DNA from: Candidatus Dojkabacteria bacterium
Lineage (GTDB): Bacteria; Patescibacteriota; Dojkabacteria; J137
Length of the DNA stretch: 64,000 nucleotides
NCBI GenBank assembly: GCA_030950485.1
Contig: JAUZRK010000014.1
Coordinates: 2,431-66,430 of the forward strand
Direction: 5' to 3'
The notes under the pieces were generated by a model that did no database searches, was not told where the DNA came from, and was given only the letters and a program-made list of their open reading frames with translations. The position numbers and the translations under genes are program-made. Position 1 is the stretch's first letter; each line of letters opens with the position of its first letter. Shown here in pieces: positions 1 through 9,681 of the stretch.

Positions 1-403
1 TTTCTAATCCAACACCTATAGTAAAGGTAATGGCATTTAAATCACTATTAAAATAACAATATTCCGTGCTTTCTAAAACAGTATTTTCAAAAAAGGTAGA
101 GTACTCTTTGTCTAGGTGTAGTTTAAGCTCACTACTACTTTTTGGGATTTTCCCAAAATCAGATTGATATTCATAGATAATGAGTTGAATTTCGTTTAGT
201 GATGCTCTTCGCTGAGTATCTCGTTGAGCCCTCTGAGCTAATTGAATTCCTTCTATCGGATCTATGAAGTTTCCAACGTCATTATTACTCTCTTTTTGAT
301 CATTTTCATTATTAGATCTTGAACCAACAGCAAGGATGATCCCTAAAAATAATGATACAAGAAAAATAATTAATACAGCTATTAAACCTCTTTTATCTTT
401 CAT
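1..403 (-). CDS. Hypothetical membrane-anchored protein. The 5' part lies in the window and the gene continues beyond the left edge.
   Basis: Own translation of the minus strand from ATG (rev-comp of 401-403): MKDKRGLIAVLIIFLVSLFLGIILAVGSRSNNEN..., with an N-terminal hydrophobic helix. No stop before position 1. Not in the ORF track because it is open-ended. Confidence 0.35.
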   Translation of the reverse strand, partial: MKDKRGLIAVLIIFLVSLFLGIILAVGSRSNNENDQKESNNDVGNFIDPIEGIQLAQRAQRDTQRRASLNEIQLIIYEYQSDFGKIPKSSSELKLHLDKEYSTFFENTVLESTEYCYFNSDLNAITFTIGVGLE

Positions 404-408
404 CTAGC

Positions 409-2289
409 TTAGTCTTTTATAAAATTACCAACTATTCCGCCTGCTGCATCTATAAGCTGATTACTTTTCATAACAATAGACTCAGTTCTTAATCCACAGT
501 TAAAAGCTGACCGCTCTTCAACAGTTACTTTTTCATCAAAGTAATTTGGTATATCTAATAAATTACCAAAAGGTGGAACACCACCAATGATTAATCCATA
601 ACGCTCCTTTATTACTTCAGGTTTTTCCATTTCAACCTTCTCTCCAACTATTTCTTCAACAGCTTTAAAATCTATCCTCATATTTCCAGGTATATTTACT
701 ATATAGTTTTTTTCAGATTTCTTTCCTTTTAGAATAATTGCTTTTACTTCCTCACTTTCTTTTGTTCCTCTAACTCTCGCTGAGTCTTCAGAAGTAGGTG
801 TTTCTTCATGTACACTATATTCATATTGAAATTCTTTAGCATCTAAAAGCGACTTTATAGCCTTAACCATATCTTTACCATCGTTAATATCAGAAGCAAG
901 TGTCTTAATACCTAGTTCATTCATTTGTTCTTTTGAAATTGTACCTGGCCCTTCCATAACCGAAGTCTTACCTCCATAAGTCATTGGGAATGCGATAGTC
1001 TCTTTTAATGATTCTTCTCCTGCAAAAAGCATAACTAGTCTATCTAGACCTAGTGCAATTCCACCATGTGGAGGAGTTCCTAAATCAAAAGCTTTAAGCA
1101 TATGCCCTACTCCTGATTCAATTTCCGAATCACTATACCCCATTATTTTATAAGTAGCTCTTAGAATTTCAGCCTTATGTGCTCTTACACTTCCTCCTCC
1201 TACTTCATATCCATTACAAACAAGGTCATATTGCTGACTAACAATATCTCCTATATTTTCACCATTTAAGTGCCATTCTAAATATTCTTCATTTGGCATA
1301 CTGAAAGGATTATGTGTAAATGTCCACCCACTTTTCCCATCTCGTACTTCAGCTTTATCATCAGAATCAACTTTCTTGAAGAAAGGGAATTTATGTACCC
1401 AAGCAAATGCAAGTTCACCATTTTTCTTTTGTTCTTCAGTTCTCATATCGAATTTATCTGCACCATACTTCTCAATTGCCTGATCATACGGAATTCTAGG
1501 AAAATCAGTAGTTGTCAATTTAACATCAAATTTTGCTGCTACTTCTTTTACTATAGACTCAATAAGCTGCATTATTTCTTCTTGTGTTCTAAAACTAGTT
1601 TCTACATCTATTTGAGTATGTTCAAAACCTCTATCTGCTCTTAAATCTTCATCCCTTATACATCTAGCTAACTGAAAATAATTCTCTACACCTGCTGTCA
1701 TCAAAAGCTGTTTATATTGTTGTGGACTTTGAGGTAATGCGTAAAACTTTCCAGGATTTAATCTAGAGGGTACTACAAAGTCTCTTGATCCCTCTTTTGT
1801 AGAAGCAGTTAACATTGGTGTTTCAACCTCTGTAAAACCTCTGTTTAAAAATGCATTTCTAAATTCAAAAGCTAGTTTTGATCTTAACTTCAAAACTTTT
1901 CTCATTCGCTCTCTTCTTAAATCTAAATATCTAAATTTAAGTCTTGCTTCTTCTTTTATATCATATCCATCTCCAATTACTGGAATGGGTAGGGGATTAG
2001 CTTTGTTCAAAACTTTATACTCTAAAACTTCAATTTCTATTGTTCCAGTTATCATATCAGGATTAATCTGGTTTTCTGGCCTTGCATTTACCTTTCCCTT
2101 AACTTCGATAACAGTTTCGTTTGTAATATCTTTAAACATCTTAACGCCAACACACTGAACGATTCCACTTCTATCTCTTAAAGTAACAAACGCTACTTTA
2201 CCCATTAGTCTATAATTTTCAACCCATCCCTTAATAGTTACCTCCTGATCAATTTTTTCTAGTGTATCTTTTATTAGAGTTCTTTCCAT
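409..2289 (-). CDS. aspS: Aspartyl-tRNA synthetase, bacterial type, with a ~180-aa C-terminal extension resembling a YbaK/ProX-type aminoacyl-tRNA deacylase domain
   Basis: 626-aa ORF. Class II motifs: FRYLDLRR, QSPQQYKQLLM, CIRDEDLRADRGFEHTQIDVETSF and GGIALGLDRLVMLFAG (motif 3). The C-terminal tail contains IIGGVPPFG and a ...AAGG... motif typical of the YbaK/ProX fold. Confidence 0.85.
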   Translation of the reverse strand: MERTLIKDTLEKIDQEVTIKGWVENYRLMGKVAFVTLRDRSGIVQCVGVKMFKDITNETVIEVKGKVNARPENQINPDMITGTIEIEVLEYKVLNKANPLPIPVIGDGYDIKEEARLKFRYLDLRRERMRKVLKLRSKLAFEFRNAFLNRGFTEVETPMLTASTKEGSRDFVVPSRLNPGKFYALPQSPQQYKQLLMTAGVENYFQLARCIRDEDLRADRGFEHTQIDVETSFRTQEEIMQLIESIVKEVAAKFDVKLTTTDFPRIPYDQAIEKYGADKFDMRTEEQKKNGELAFAWVHKFPFFKKVDSDDKAEVRDGKSGWTFTHNPFSMPNEEYLEWHLNGENIGDIVSQQYDLVCNGYEVGGGSVRAHKAEILRATYKIMGYSDSEIESGVGHMLKAFDLGTPPHGGIALGLDRLVMLFAGEESLKETIAFPMTYGGKTSVMEGPGTISKEQMNELGIKTLASDINDGKDMVKAIKSLLDAKEFQYEYSVHEETPTSEDSARVRGTKESEEVKAIILKGKKSEKNYIVNIPGNMRIDFKAVEEIVGEKVEMEKPEVIKERYGLIIGGVPPFGNLLDIPNYFDEKVTVEERSAFNCGLRTESIVMKSNQLIDAAGGIVGNFIKD

Positions 2290-2427
2290 TTTTAATGTTT
2301 AATAATATGAAGCTGCCATAATTCTATCATAAATAAGAGGGAAAAAAGAAATTAAGAATCGAGAATTGTAATTTAAAGTATTGATAGAGACAGCAAAATT
2401 TATAGCGAAACTAATTTAACTGATATA

Positions 2428-2730
2428 ATGAAAATATTAAAGAATTTATTTATGGTAGAGATCGTTTTATTTGTATGTTCATTGGTAATTATAGTGCCTT
2501 TATTATTTCTAGGTGCTTTATTTGTCAACTTTAGAAGAACACTTAGTGGTCAACCTGCTTTGACAACTGAGAAAGCAGTAATTGAATTATTTAAGGAATC
2601 CTACAAAAAGACTTACTCTAGACTGAAAGAAATTTTTAATATAAAGTCTAAAGCCAGTAAAACAAAAACTAAAAAAGAAGAAAAGAAGCCAGATAATTTT
2701 GAAGATGCTGAGTTTCGAGATGTGAATTAG
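2428..2730 (+). CDS. Small membrane protein, hypothetical
   Basis: 100-aa ORF with an N-terminal hydrophobic segment and a Lys-rich tail. No recognisable family. Confidence 0.35.
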   Translation: MKILKNLFMVEIVLFVCSLVIIVPLLFLGALFVNFRRTLSGQPALTTEKAVIELFKESYKKTYSRLKEIFNIKSKASKTKTKKEEKKPDNFEDAEFRDVN

Positions 2731-2733
2731 TTT

Positions 2734-2800
2734 CTAGTTGTTAGTTTTTAGTAGTACTTTGAATTTTACTAACAACTAACAACTGAAAACTAACAACTAG
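2734..2800. promoter_or_regulatory. Perfect 15-bp inverted repeat (ctagttgttagtttt / aaaactaacaactag) separated by 37 nt. It fills the gap between the small ORF and mutS and ends 3 nt before the mutS ATG.
   Basis: Read directly: left arm 2734-2748, right arm 2786-2800. The loop carries a direct repeat aactaacaact. Confidence 0.5.
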
Positions 2801-2802
2801 TA

Positions 2803-5337
2803 ATGACACCAATGCAGGAGCAATACAATGATATTAAGAAAGAATATAAAGATCATATTCTTCTTTTCAGACTTGGCGACTTTTATGAAATCTTTCATGA
2901 AGATGCTGTAAAAGCTAGTAAAATATTAGGTATTACATTAACAGGTAGGGGGAAAGGAGAAACTAGATACCCTATGGCTGGTATTCCCCATCACTCACTT
3001 TCTAGTTATTTACCTAAACTTATTAAAGCAGGTGTTAAAGTAGCAATTGCTGACCAAACAGAGGAGGCAACACCTGGTAAATTAGTTGAAAGAGAAGTTA
3101 CAAAAATTATTACACCAGGAACTGTTATAGATGAAAATACTTTAGATTCTTCTAAGAATAATTATATTGCCTCTGTCTTAGAAGATGATACGAAAAGTTT
3201 TAGTTTAGTTTATTGTGATTTAACAACTGGGGAACTTAAAGCATTTACTTCAGACAGCGCTCTAGTCATAAGAAATGAAATAAATAAAGTCTCTCCTTCA
3301 GAATTATTAATTAGAGAAGATCAGTTCGAAACCATTGGTAAACTTACAAGCTTTCATCTTGAAAAACTTGAGAAAAGTGAATTTAATCTTAAAAGTTCTT
3401 ATGAGATTTTATTAAAGCAATTTGATGTAAATAATCTAAAAGGATTTGGTATTGAAGATGACGAAGCAATGATAAGCGCTGCAGGTGCGTTAATTAAATA
3501 CATTAGAAAGAACCAAAAAAACAATCTAAAACATATTAAAAATATCAAGCCATACGAATATTCTAATGTAATGCAGTTAGATTATGAAACAATTAGAAAT
3601 CTTGAGCTTTTGAGTTCAATGACAAATGGGAATGAAAATGATTCATTATATTCAGTAATAAATAAATGTAAAAATCCTATCGGAAAGAGGCTTCTTAGAC
3701 AATATATCCTTCATCCTATAACGAATAAAGAGATTTTAGATGATAGATTAGATGCTGTTGAGTATTTTTATAATAATACCTTACTTACCTCTGACATTAG
3801 GGACTCGCTAAATTCAATCGCAGACATAGAAAGAATTACAGGAAGACTTGGAACTGGATCAATTAACCCAAAAGATATAAGAGCCCTTGGAAGAAGTTTG
3901 GAGGAACTTTTAAGATTTATAAAACTAATTAACCAGACAGAAGGAGAATTACCAACTAGACTAAGCTACTTAATAAGAAATATTGAAGTTGAGAAAGTAG
4001 AAGAATTAATAAATTTAATAAATAAATCTATTAAAGAAGATCCTCCGACAGTTATTAATGAAGGTGGGATATTTACTGAAGGATATAATGAGAGGATTGA
4101 CGAATTAAGATCAGTTAAAGGGAACGCCAAGGGTATACTTAAAGATATTCAAGAAAGAGAGTCTAAAAGAAATAATATTCCATCATTAAAAATCTCTTTC
4201 AACAGAGTATTTGGTTATTATATTGAAGTTACTAAAACTCATATAGATAAAGTTCCAGCTGATTATATAAGAAAACAAACTTTAGCAAATGCAGAAAGAT
4301 TTATTACTGAAGAACTTAAAGAAATTGAAGATAAGATTCTAAATAGCGATGATGAATTAATAAAATTAGAGTTTGATTTATATAAAGAGTTTATAGAAGT
4401 ATTAGCAAAAGGCATCAGTATAATACTAAAAGCCGCTAGTGTTATCGGGGAAATAGATGTTCTTTCTAACTTTGGACATATTGCAAAACAATATCAATAT
4501 ACTAAACCAGAGCTTTTAGAAGAAGATTTTATAGAAATTATTGATGGAAGACATCCTGTTGTAGAACAGATAACAAAAGAATTTGTTCCTAATTCAACTG
4601 AATTTAATGATTATTCAAAAATCCATATACTAACTGGACCTAATATGTCTGGTAAATCTACATATATAAGACAAGTAGCACTAATAACATTAATGGCTCA
4701 AATCGGCTCTTTTATACCAGCAAAAAAAATGTCTCTTGGGCTTGTTGATAGGATTTTTACAAGAGTAGGAGCATCAGATAATCTCTCTAAAGGTGAGTCT
4801 ACTTTTATGGTTGAGATGAATGAAACAGCAAATATCTTAAATAATGCTACAAGTAGAAGTCTTGTTATTTTAGATGAAGTTGGAAGAGGTACTAGTACTT
4901 ATGATGGAGTTGCAATAGCTTGGTCGATAGTAGAGTATCTTGACGAAAATATTAAGAGTAAAACTCTCTTTGCTACACACTATCATGAGCTTATAGAGTT
5001 AGAAAAAAAAGATAATATCATTAAAAACTATAATGTCTCTGTTTTAGAAAAAGATGAAAAAATCTTATTTCAACATAAAATAATTGCTGGATCTACAAAT
5101 AGAAGTTATGGAGTACATGTAGCTAAACTTGCGGGTATACCGGATAAGGTTGTTGCTAGGTCTAATGAAATATTAGAGAGATTTGAAAATACAAATAGCG
5201 AAGATACTTCTAGCAAGTTAAAGGAAACAGAAGTAATTTATAAACCAATTTCAAGTACAACTGATACTTCTATAAAGACAGTTTCTACTCCAAAAAAACC
5301 TAAGCAGATTCACCCTGGACAACTAGGACTAATCTAG
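2803..5337 (+). CDS. mutS: DNA mismatch repair protein MutS
   Basis: 844 aa. N-terminus MTPMQEQY...FRLGDFYEIF is the mismatch-binding domain. Walker A GPNMSGKSTYIRQ and ABC signature region present. TAG stop. Confidence 0.9.
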   Translation: MTPMQEQYNDIKKEYKDHILLFRLGDFYEIFHEDAVKASKILGITLTGRGKGETRYPMAGIPHHSLSSYLPKLIKAGVKVAIADQTEEATPGKLVEREVTKIITPGTVIDENTLDSSKNNYIASVLEDDTKSFSLVYCDLTTGELKAFTSDSALVIRNEINKVSPSELLIREDQFETIGKLTSFHLEKLEKSEFNLKSSYEILLKQFDVNNLKGFGIEDDEAMISAAGALIKYIRKNQKNNLKHIKNIKPYEYSNVMQLDYETIRNLELLSSMTNGNENDSLYSVINKCKNPIGKRLLRQYILHPITNKEILDDRLDAVEYFYNNTLLTSDIRDSLNSIADIERITGRLGTGSINPKDIRALGRSLEELLRFIKLINQTEGELPTRLSYLIRNIEVEKVEELINLINKSIKEDPPTVINEGGIFTEGYNERIDELRSVKGNAKGILKDIQERESKRNNIPSLKISFNRVFGYYIEVTKTHIDKVPADYIRKQTLANAERFITEELKEIEDKILNSDDELIKLEFDLYKEFIEVLAKGISIILKAASVIGEIDVLSNFGHIAKQYQYTKPELLEEDFIEIIDGRHPVVEQITKEFVPNSTEFNDYSKIHILTGPNMSGKSTYIRQVALITLMAQIGSFIPAKKMSLGLVDRIFTRVGASDNLSKGESTFMVEMNETANILNNATSRSLVILDEVGRGTSTYDGVAIAWSIVEYLDENIKSKTLFATHYHELIELEKKDNIIKNYNVSVLEKDEKILFQHKIIAGSTNRSYGVHVAKLAGIPDKVVARSNEILERFENTNSEDTSSKLKETEVIYKPISSTTDTSIKTVSTPKKPKQIHPGQLGLI

Positions 5338-5409
5338 AATTATTCTAGAACTTCTCATTTTCTTTTATGCTCATTAAATATATAGATTTATATTTCTGAC
5401 TTTTTCCTT

Positions 5410-5439
5410 TTGACTTCAAACTTTTTACTTTTCTATATT
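5410..5439 (+). promoter_or_regulatory. Sigma70-like promoter of the hrcA operon (-35 TTGACT, 18-nt spacer, -10 TATATT)
   Basis: TTGACT at 5410-5415 and TATATT at 5434-5439, immediately upstream of the CIRCE-like element. Confidence 0.45.
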
Positions 5440-5440
5440 T

Positions 5441-5467
5441 TTAGCAAGATCTCGTTCAATTTGCTAA
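5441..5467. promoter_or_regulatory. Degenerate CIRCE-like operator (TTAGCA-N15-TGCTAA) in front of hrcA
   Basis: ttagcaagatctcgttcaatttgctaa. The consensus CIRCE is TTAGCACTC-N9-GAGTGCTAA; here only the outer hexamers are kept. Position between promoter and start codon is canonical. Confidence 0.45.
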
Positions 5468-5473
5468 AATTAC

Positions 5474-6232
5474 GTGATGGAAAATGATATATCCAAAAGA
5501 CAACAGAACCTTCTAAATGCGGTTATAAAAGAATTCGTAGATACGGCAGAAGCTGTAGGTTCTATTAATCTGTTAAATAAATATAACTTTAAGGTAAGTT
5601 CTGCAACTATACGAAATGAAATGGCAGAATTAGTTTTAACTGGCTATTTATATAAAAAGCATACTAGCGCTGGAAGAATACCAACGACAAAAGGTTGGAG
5701 GTTTTTTGTAGATAATCTTAAAGAGGAATTAAATTATGTAGATGCTTCAAAAGCTGCATTAGACAATCAAGCAAAAACTCAATTTGTTTCAGACCTTGTT
5801 AAATTAAAAAATGAGAAAGGAGATTTAATTAGGCAGAGTTTGAACTTTTTATGTATGCTTTCTGATAATCCAACTATTGCCTTAATTGGCAAGAACGTAT
5901 ATTACTCTGGTCTGTCACTTCTCCCAAAAATTCCTGAGTTGCAAGAAGAAGATAACCTAAAAAGATTACTTCAGATTTTAGAAGACTACTATACCTTATC
6001 AGAAGTGTTCAATAAATCTGAGAAAAAAGAGGATGTAAATATCCTTATAGGTGAAGAAGAAACAGGAGATGAAAGATTTAAAAACTACTCTGTTATCTTT
6101 TCTGAAATTAGTTTTAGTAATGGTGAAAGAGGTTTTATAGCTGTAATTGGACCTAACAGAATGGATTATCAAAAAATCATTTCATCTTTAAAATATATTT
6201 CAGATACGATTAAGTTTATTGTAAACAATTAA
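5474..6232 (+). CDS. hrcA: Heat-inducible transcription repressor HrcA (short form). The likely start is the ATG at 5477.
   Basis: SSATIRNEMAELVLTGYLYKKHTSAGRIPTTKGWRFFVDNL matches the HrcA wHTH region. 252 aa. Confidence 0.75.
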   Translation: MMENDISKRQQNLLNAVIKEFVDTAEAVGSINLLNKYNFKVSSATIRNEMAELVLTGYLYKKHTSAGRIPTTKGWRFFVDNLKEELNYVDASKAALDNQAKTQFVSDLVKLKNEKGDLIRQSLNFLCMLSDNPTIALIGKNVYYSGLSLLPKIPELQEEDNLKRLLQILEDYYTLSEVFNKSEKKEDVNILIGEEETGDERFKNYSVIFSEISFSNGERGFIAVIGPNRMDYQKIISSLKYISDTIKFIVNN

Positions 6233-6244
6233 TTAGATTAGGCT

Positions 6245-6673
6245 ATGGATAATCTTGAAACTAGAATTAATTCATTAATAGAAAAAACACTTAGCCTCTT
6301 ATATATTGAACTTACTGATGAAATTAAATATATAAATGTTGATTATGTATCATTTAAAGTTAGTGATTTAGACATTCAACTAAATTTAAGTGAAATGAAA
6401 ATCTTTGAGAAGACAAGAGATTACGCTATTTATATTTTAAATGAGGCTAAAAATACAGAATTAGGTTTTTTAGAAATCGTTAAATTCAGTACACTAGATG
6501 ATGACTATATTGACCTAAGACATAGCAACTATAAAAAACTTAAAAGCTCTTATAGTAATAAACTTAAAGAAGTGATAACTGAGGATGGTTATGAATTACA
6601 ACAGTTGAAAAATAAAAATGATTTTGTAGTATATTTTGTTGAAAAACCTTTATCTTTAGATATTAAAAACTAA
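6245..6673 (+). CDS. Hypothetical protein between hrcA and grpE
   Basis: 142-aa ORF in operon context. No recognisable domain. Confidence 0.4.
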   Translation: MDNLETRINSLIEKTLSLLYIELTDEIKYINVDYVSFKVSDLDIQLNLSEMKIFEKTRDYAIYILNEAKNTELGFLEIVKFSTLDDDYIDLRHSNYKKLKSSYSNKLKEVITEDGYELQQLKNKNDFVVYFVEKPLSLDIKN

Positions 6674-6676
6674 TAC

Positions 6677-7600
6677 ATGAAGAAAATTTACAATATTATT
6701 GATGAGATAATAAATAACTCTAAGAGAGCTTTAAATTCTAATTTAGATGATATTGATATAAAAAATATAAGTTCTAATTACGTAGCAATTCAATCTACGG
6801 ACAATAATGATTATGATCAGTTAATAGAACTACTGTCTGAGATAGGTAAACTTCACTCAGAAAAAAAAACCGGAATAATATTTCAGTTAGAATCAAGCTA
6901 CAAGACAGATTTGGGAGATATTGAATTAGTTAGAGTAAGAAAACCAGATCCTAATGGTGTTATTGTTGGCTTTGCCGATTTTAATATTACTAACTATGAA
7001 GAATTCAAAGCAAAATATCTAGATAAATCAAATTTTTCAATTCAAACATCTTCAGATGGTAAAGAGTTAATCCAATTAAAGGATGATGCTCAATTAATAT
7101 TTTTCCCAAAAGAACCTATAAAAGTTAATAATAAAAATATGAAAAAAGATGACAACAATCAAGAAGAAAATAGCCAACTTATTGAGGAACTAAAAAACAA
7201 GAATCTTCAACTAATGGCTGACTTTCAAAATTACAAAAAAAGAATTGATGCAGAGAAAGCTACTTTTGGAGCTATTGCAAACATGAGTTTAATTACAGAA
7301 CTTTTAGAGGTTCATGATGATTTAGGATTAGCTTTACAAGATGAGAATCTAGATCTTGATAATGCTAAGGGTTCTATTAAAACAGCTCAAGAAAAACTAG
7401 TAGGTTCTGCAAAAAATGCAGGAATAGAAAGAGTTGAGGTTAAGATTGGTGATGATTTTGATAGAGAGAAAATGGAAGCTATTTCTACAGTCCCAAATCC
7501 TGAGATGAAAGATAAGGTTATTGCTGTAATTAGTTCTGCTTTTAAATATGCTGATAAAGACGGTATTTTGAAAGCTGCGAAAGTTATTGTTGGTAAATAA
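6677..7600 (+). CDS. grpE: Nucleotide exchange factor GrpE with an unusual ~150-aa N-terminal extension
   Basis: C-terminal half LIEELKNKNLQLMADFQNYKKRIDAEKA...VIAVISSAFKY is GrpE. Alternative start NMKKDD near 7141. Confidence 0.75.
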   Translation: MKKIYNIIDEIINNSKRALNSNLDDIDIKNISSNYVAIQSTDNNDYDQLIELLSEIGKLHSEKKTGIIFQLESSYKTDLGDIELVRVRKPDPNGVIVGFADFNITNYEEFKAKYLDKSNFSIQTSSDGKELIQLKDDAQLIFFPKEPIKVNNKNMKKDDNNQEENSQLIEELKNKNLQLMADFQNYKKRIDAEKATFGAIANMSLITELLEVHDDLGLALQDENLDLDNAKGSIKTAQEKLVGSAKNAGIERVEVKIGDDFDREKMEAISTVPNPEMKDKVIAVISSAFKYADKDGILKAAKVIVGK

Positions 7601-7670
7601 TTAACTTAATGAAAACCACTTTGAAGATACTACAAATAGACCTTATGCTGCGCTCGCTTCAACAATTTAA

Positions 7671-8057
7671 ATTAATGATTCAGAACTTCTAATAATAAGT
7701 GGGCAATTAACGTGGGTACCGAGACCTTTTGACACTGATTTAACAATTTCAAATGCTAGAAAAATATATGATTATATAAGGAACAGAGACATACAATTTA
7801 TTTTTACAGGTGACTTTAATGTAGGCTCAAGGACGATTACTTCAATGCAATTTGAAGAATTGGGTTTAAATTTAACTAGAAACTATAGTTTTACAAATAC
7901 TTTAAATCCTGATCTACACAGAGCTAAACATTTATTTCCTGAAGGCATCCCATGCGATCAAGTGATTGTTGACAAAAGAATTGAAGTTATAGATTTTAAA
8001 ATCATAACCCAAAATATCTCTGATCATTACGGACTAAGTTTGACTTTTAAAATTTAA
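7671..8057 (+). pseudogene. Remnant of an endonuclease/exonuclease/phosphatase (EEP) family gene, C-terminal half only
   Basis: Own translation upstream of ORF 7845..8057 in the same frame gives ...IFTGDFNVGSRT...SDHYGLSLTF (EEP GDxN and SDH motifs). The N-terminal half is absent and there is no start codon. Confidence 0.45.
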
Positions 8058-8122
8058 AATATTTTATTGCTTTAATCCTCTAGGTCAATTTAATGTACAA
8101 TTAAATATATTAAATAAAAAAA

Positions 8123-8770
8123 ATGGAACAACAAAAACAAGTAAATCAACCTGTAGTTAATACACAAAGTACACCAAATACTACTGTAAATAATTCAAGT
8201 AATGTGAAGATGAATTTCGTATTGTTTATAAGTATTATTGCAATTATCGCCAGTGGAATTGCAATATTTCTTGTAGTTAGCGATAGTGGTAATTCTGATA
8301 ATGACATAGATAAGACTGAGCCTACTAATGAATCTGATGACGGACAAGCTGTTATGGGATACCCTGCGGGAGAAAGAGATATTGATGAAATGGTTGTAAA
8401 TAATCGAAATTCAGGAGAATATAATGATCCATTATTAGGTAACGGTGCAGCTTCTACTTTAGAAATTTTTGAAGCAGATACATATTTGTTTGACATAACT
8501 GATCTTCCACTTAATGATGGTGATGTTTTCTATTTTGCTATAGAGTCTTCTTTTGGTGAAAAATTATATAGTACTGATCAGTTTATATATAGTCCAAATA
8601 ATGCTTTAGTAAATTCAGAAGGTATTGCTTATTTAGAGGCATCTTTGGAAACATTTACTTACTTTAGAGTAGATACTCCTTTATATATTCAACTTTATGA
8701 AATTGTTCCTGACTCATTAGGAAACACTACTGAATATTTATCAGGAGGTTATCAGTTATTCAATATCTAA
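8123..8770 (+). CDS. Hypothetical exported or membrane-anchored protein
   Basis: 215 aa with an N-terminal TM helix after a polar leader. Confidence 0.4.
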   Translation: MEQQKQVNQPVVNTQSTPNTTVNNSSNVKMNFVLFISIIAIIASGIAIFLVVSDSGNSDNDIDKTEPTNESDDGQAVMGYPAGERDIDEMVVNNRNSGEYNDPLLGNGAASTLEIFEADTYLFDITDLPLNDGDVFYFAIESSFGEKLYSTDQFIYSPNNALVNSEGIAYLEASLETFTYFRVDTPLYIQLYEIVPDSLGNTTEYLSGGYQLFNI

Positions 8771-8787
8771 TATATTTTAATAGCTAA

Positions 8788-9561
8788 TTGCTTTTAGTAA
8801 ATTTTGTATTAATGAAACAAAATACCTTTTCAATTGTAGCTAGAGATCCAAAATCAGGAAAAATTGCTGTTGGTGGTTCAAGTAATTGGTTCGCATACTC
8901 TAGATTAGTACCTTGGATTGAAGCTGGATTGGGAGCAGTTGCTACTCAAGCAGAGACTAGTCTCTCCTACCCTAAAGTGATTTTTGAATCATTAAAATCA
9001 GGAAAAGATATTAAAAGCTCTCTCATCGCTGCTACTTTAAGTGATGAAAATAAAAACATAAGGCAAGTAATTGTAATAGATAATAATGGAAACACATCAG
9101 TATTTACTGGAGAAAAATGCGTTAAATTTGCCTCAGATTATTCTGAACTAAATTTTGCAGTTGCTGGTAATATGCTTGCTAATGACAAGGTTATCCCAAG
9201 TATTATTGAATCATTTAAAACAGCAGACGAGGAATTGCCTTTAGCGGAAAGAATGATTCAAGCTTTAAAAGCTGGTCAAGACGCTGGTGGTGATTTTAGA
9301 GGAAAAAGATCAGCTGGTCTTTTAGTTTCTGAATCCGAAAAGATTGGTACTCATATGGATTATATCTCAACTAATATTCGAATTGATGATCACGTAGACC
9401 CAATCTTAGAAATGGAAAGAATTTATAATATCTCAAAAGCATATAAATTCATGGAGGCTGGGGATAATTTCGCGTATGAGCTAAATGATAAAGAAAATGC
9501 ATTAAAATCTTATCAAGAAGCATTTAAACTACAACCTGAGAACGATGAAGTTTTATTCTGA
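8788..9561 (+). CDS. DUF1028 family protein (Ntn-hydrolase-like)
   Basis: N-terminal TFSIVARDPKSGKIAVGGSS resembles the DUF1028 signature. Confidence 0.5.
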   Translation: MLLVNFVLMKQNTFSIVARDPKSGKIAVGGSSNWFAYSRLVPWIEAGLGAVATQAETSLSYPKVIFESLKSGKDIKSSLIAATLSDENKNIRQVIVIDNNGNTSVFTGEKCVKFASDYSELNFAVAGNMLANDKVIPSIIESFKTADEELPLAERMIQALKAGQDAGGDFRGKRSAGLLVSESEKIGTHMDYISTNIRIDDHVDPILEMERIYNISKAYKFMEAGDNFAYELNDKENALKSYQEAFKLQPENDEVLF

Positions 9562-9681
9562 TTTACAAAATTATTAAAAGATATTGGTGAAACAGCTGAG
9601 TTTGAAAAAAGATTTGATAAATTGCTTAAGAGAGATCCTAAATGGAAACAATATTTAGAACGAGTAGAAGCTGTTTAGTAA

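Noticed and set aside
1312-1644. Antisense or embedded ORFs from the six-frame track (1312..1644, 8146..8496, 11873..12067, 14906..15193, 17575..17877, 19730..19918, 20551..20925, 24307..24636, 25751..25957, 29400..29624, 32398..32664, 33091..33318, 33895..34146, 37202..37420, 42806..42988, 44383..44733, 48623..48913, 51032..51214, 52160..52459, 52748..53002, 54489..54698, 59224..59478, 59692..59979, 61068..61271, 61852..62046, 62168..62416)
   Set aside because: Each lies within or antisense to a longer ORF with clear homology or coding character. Translations are low-complexity (Leu/Ile/Phe/Ser-rich), as expected from AT-rich antisense frames.
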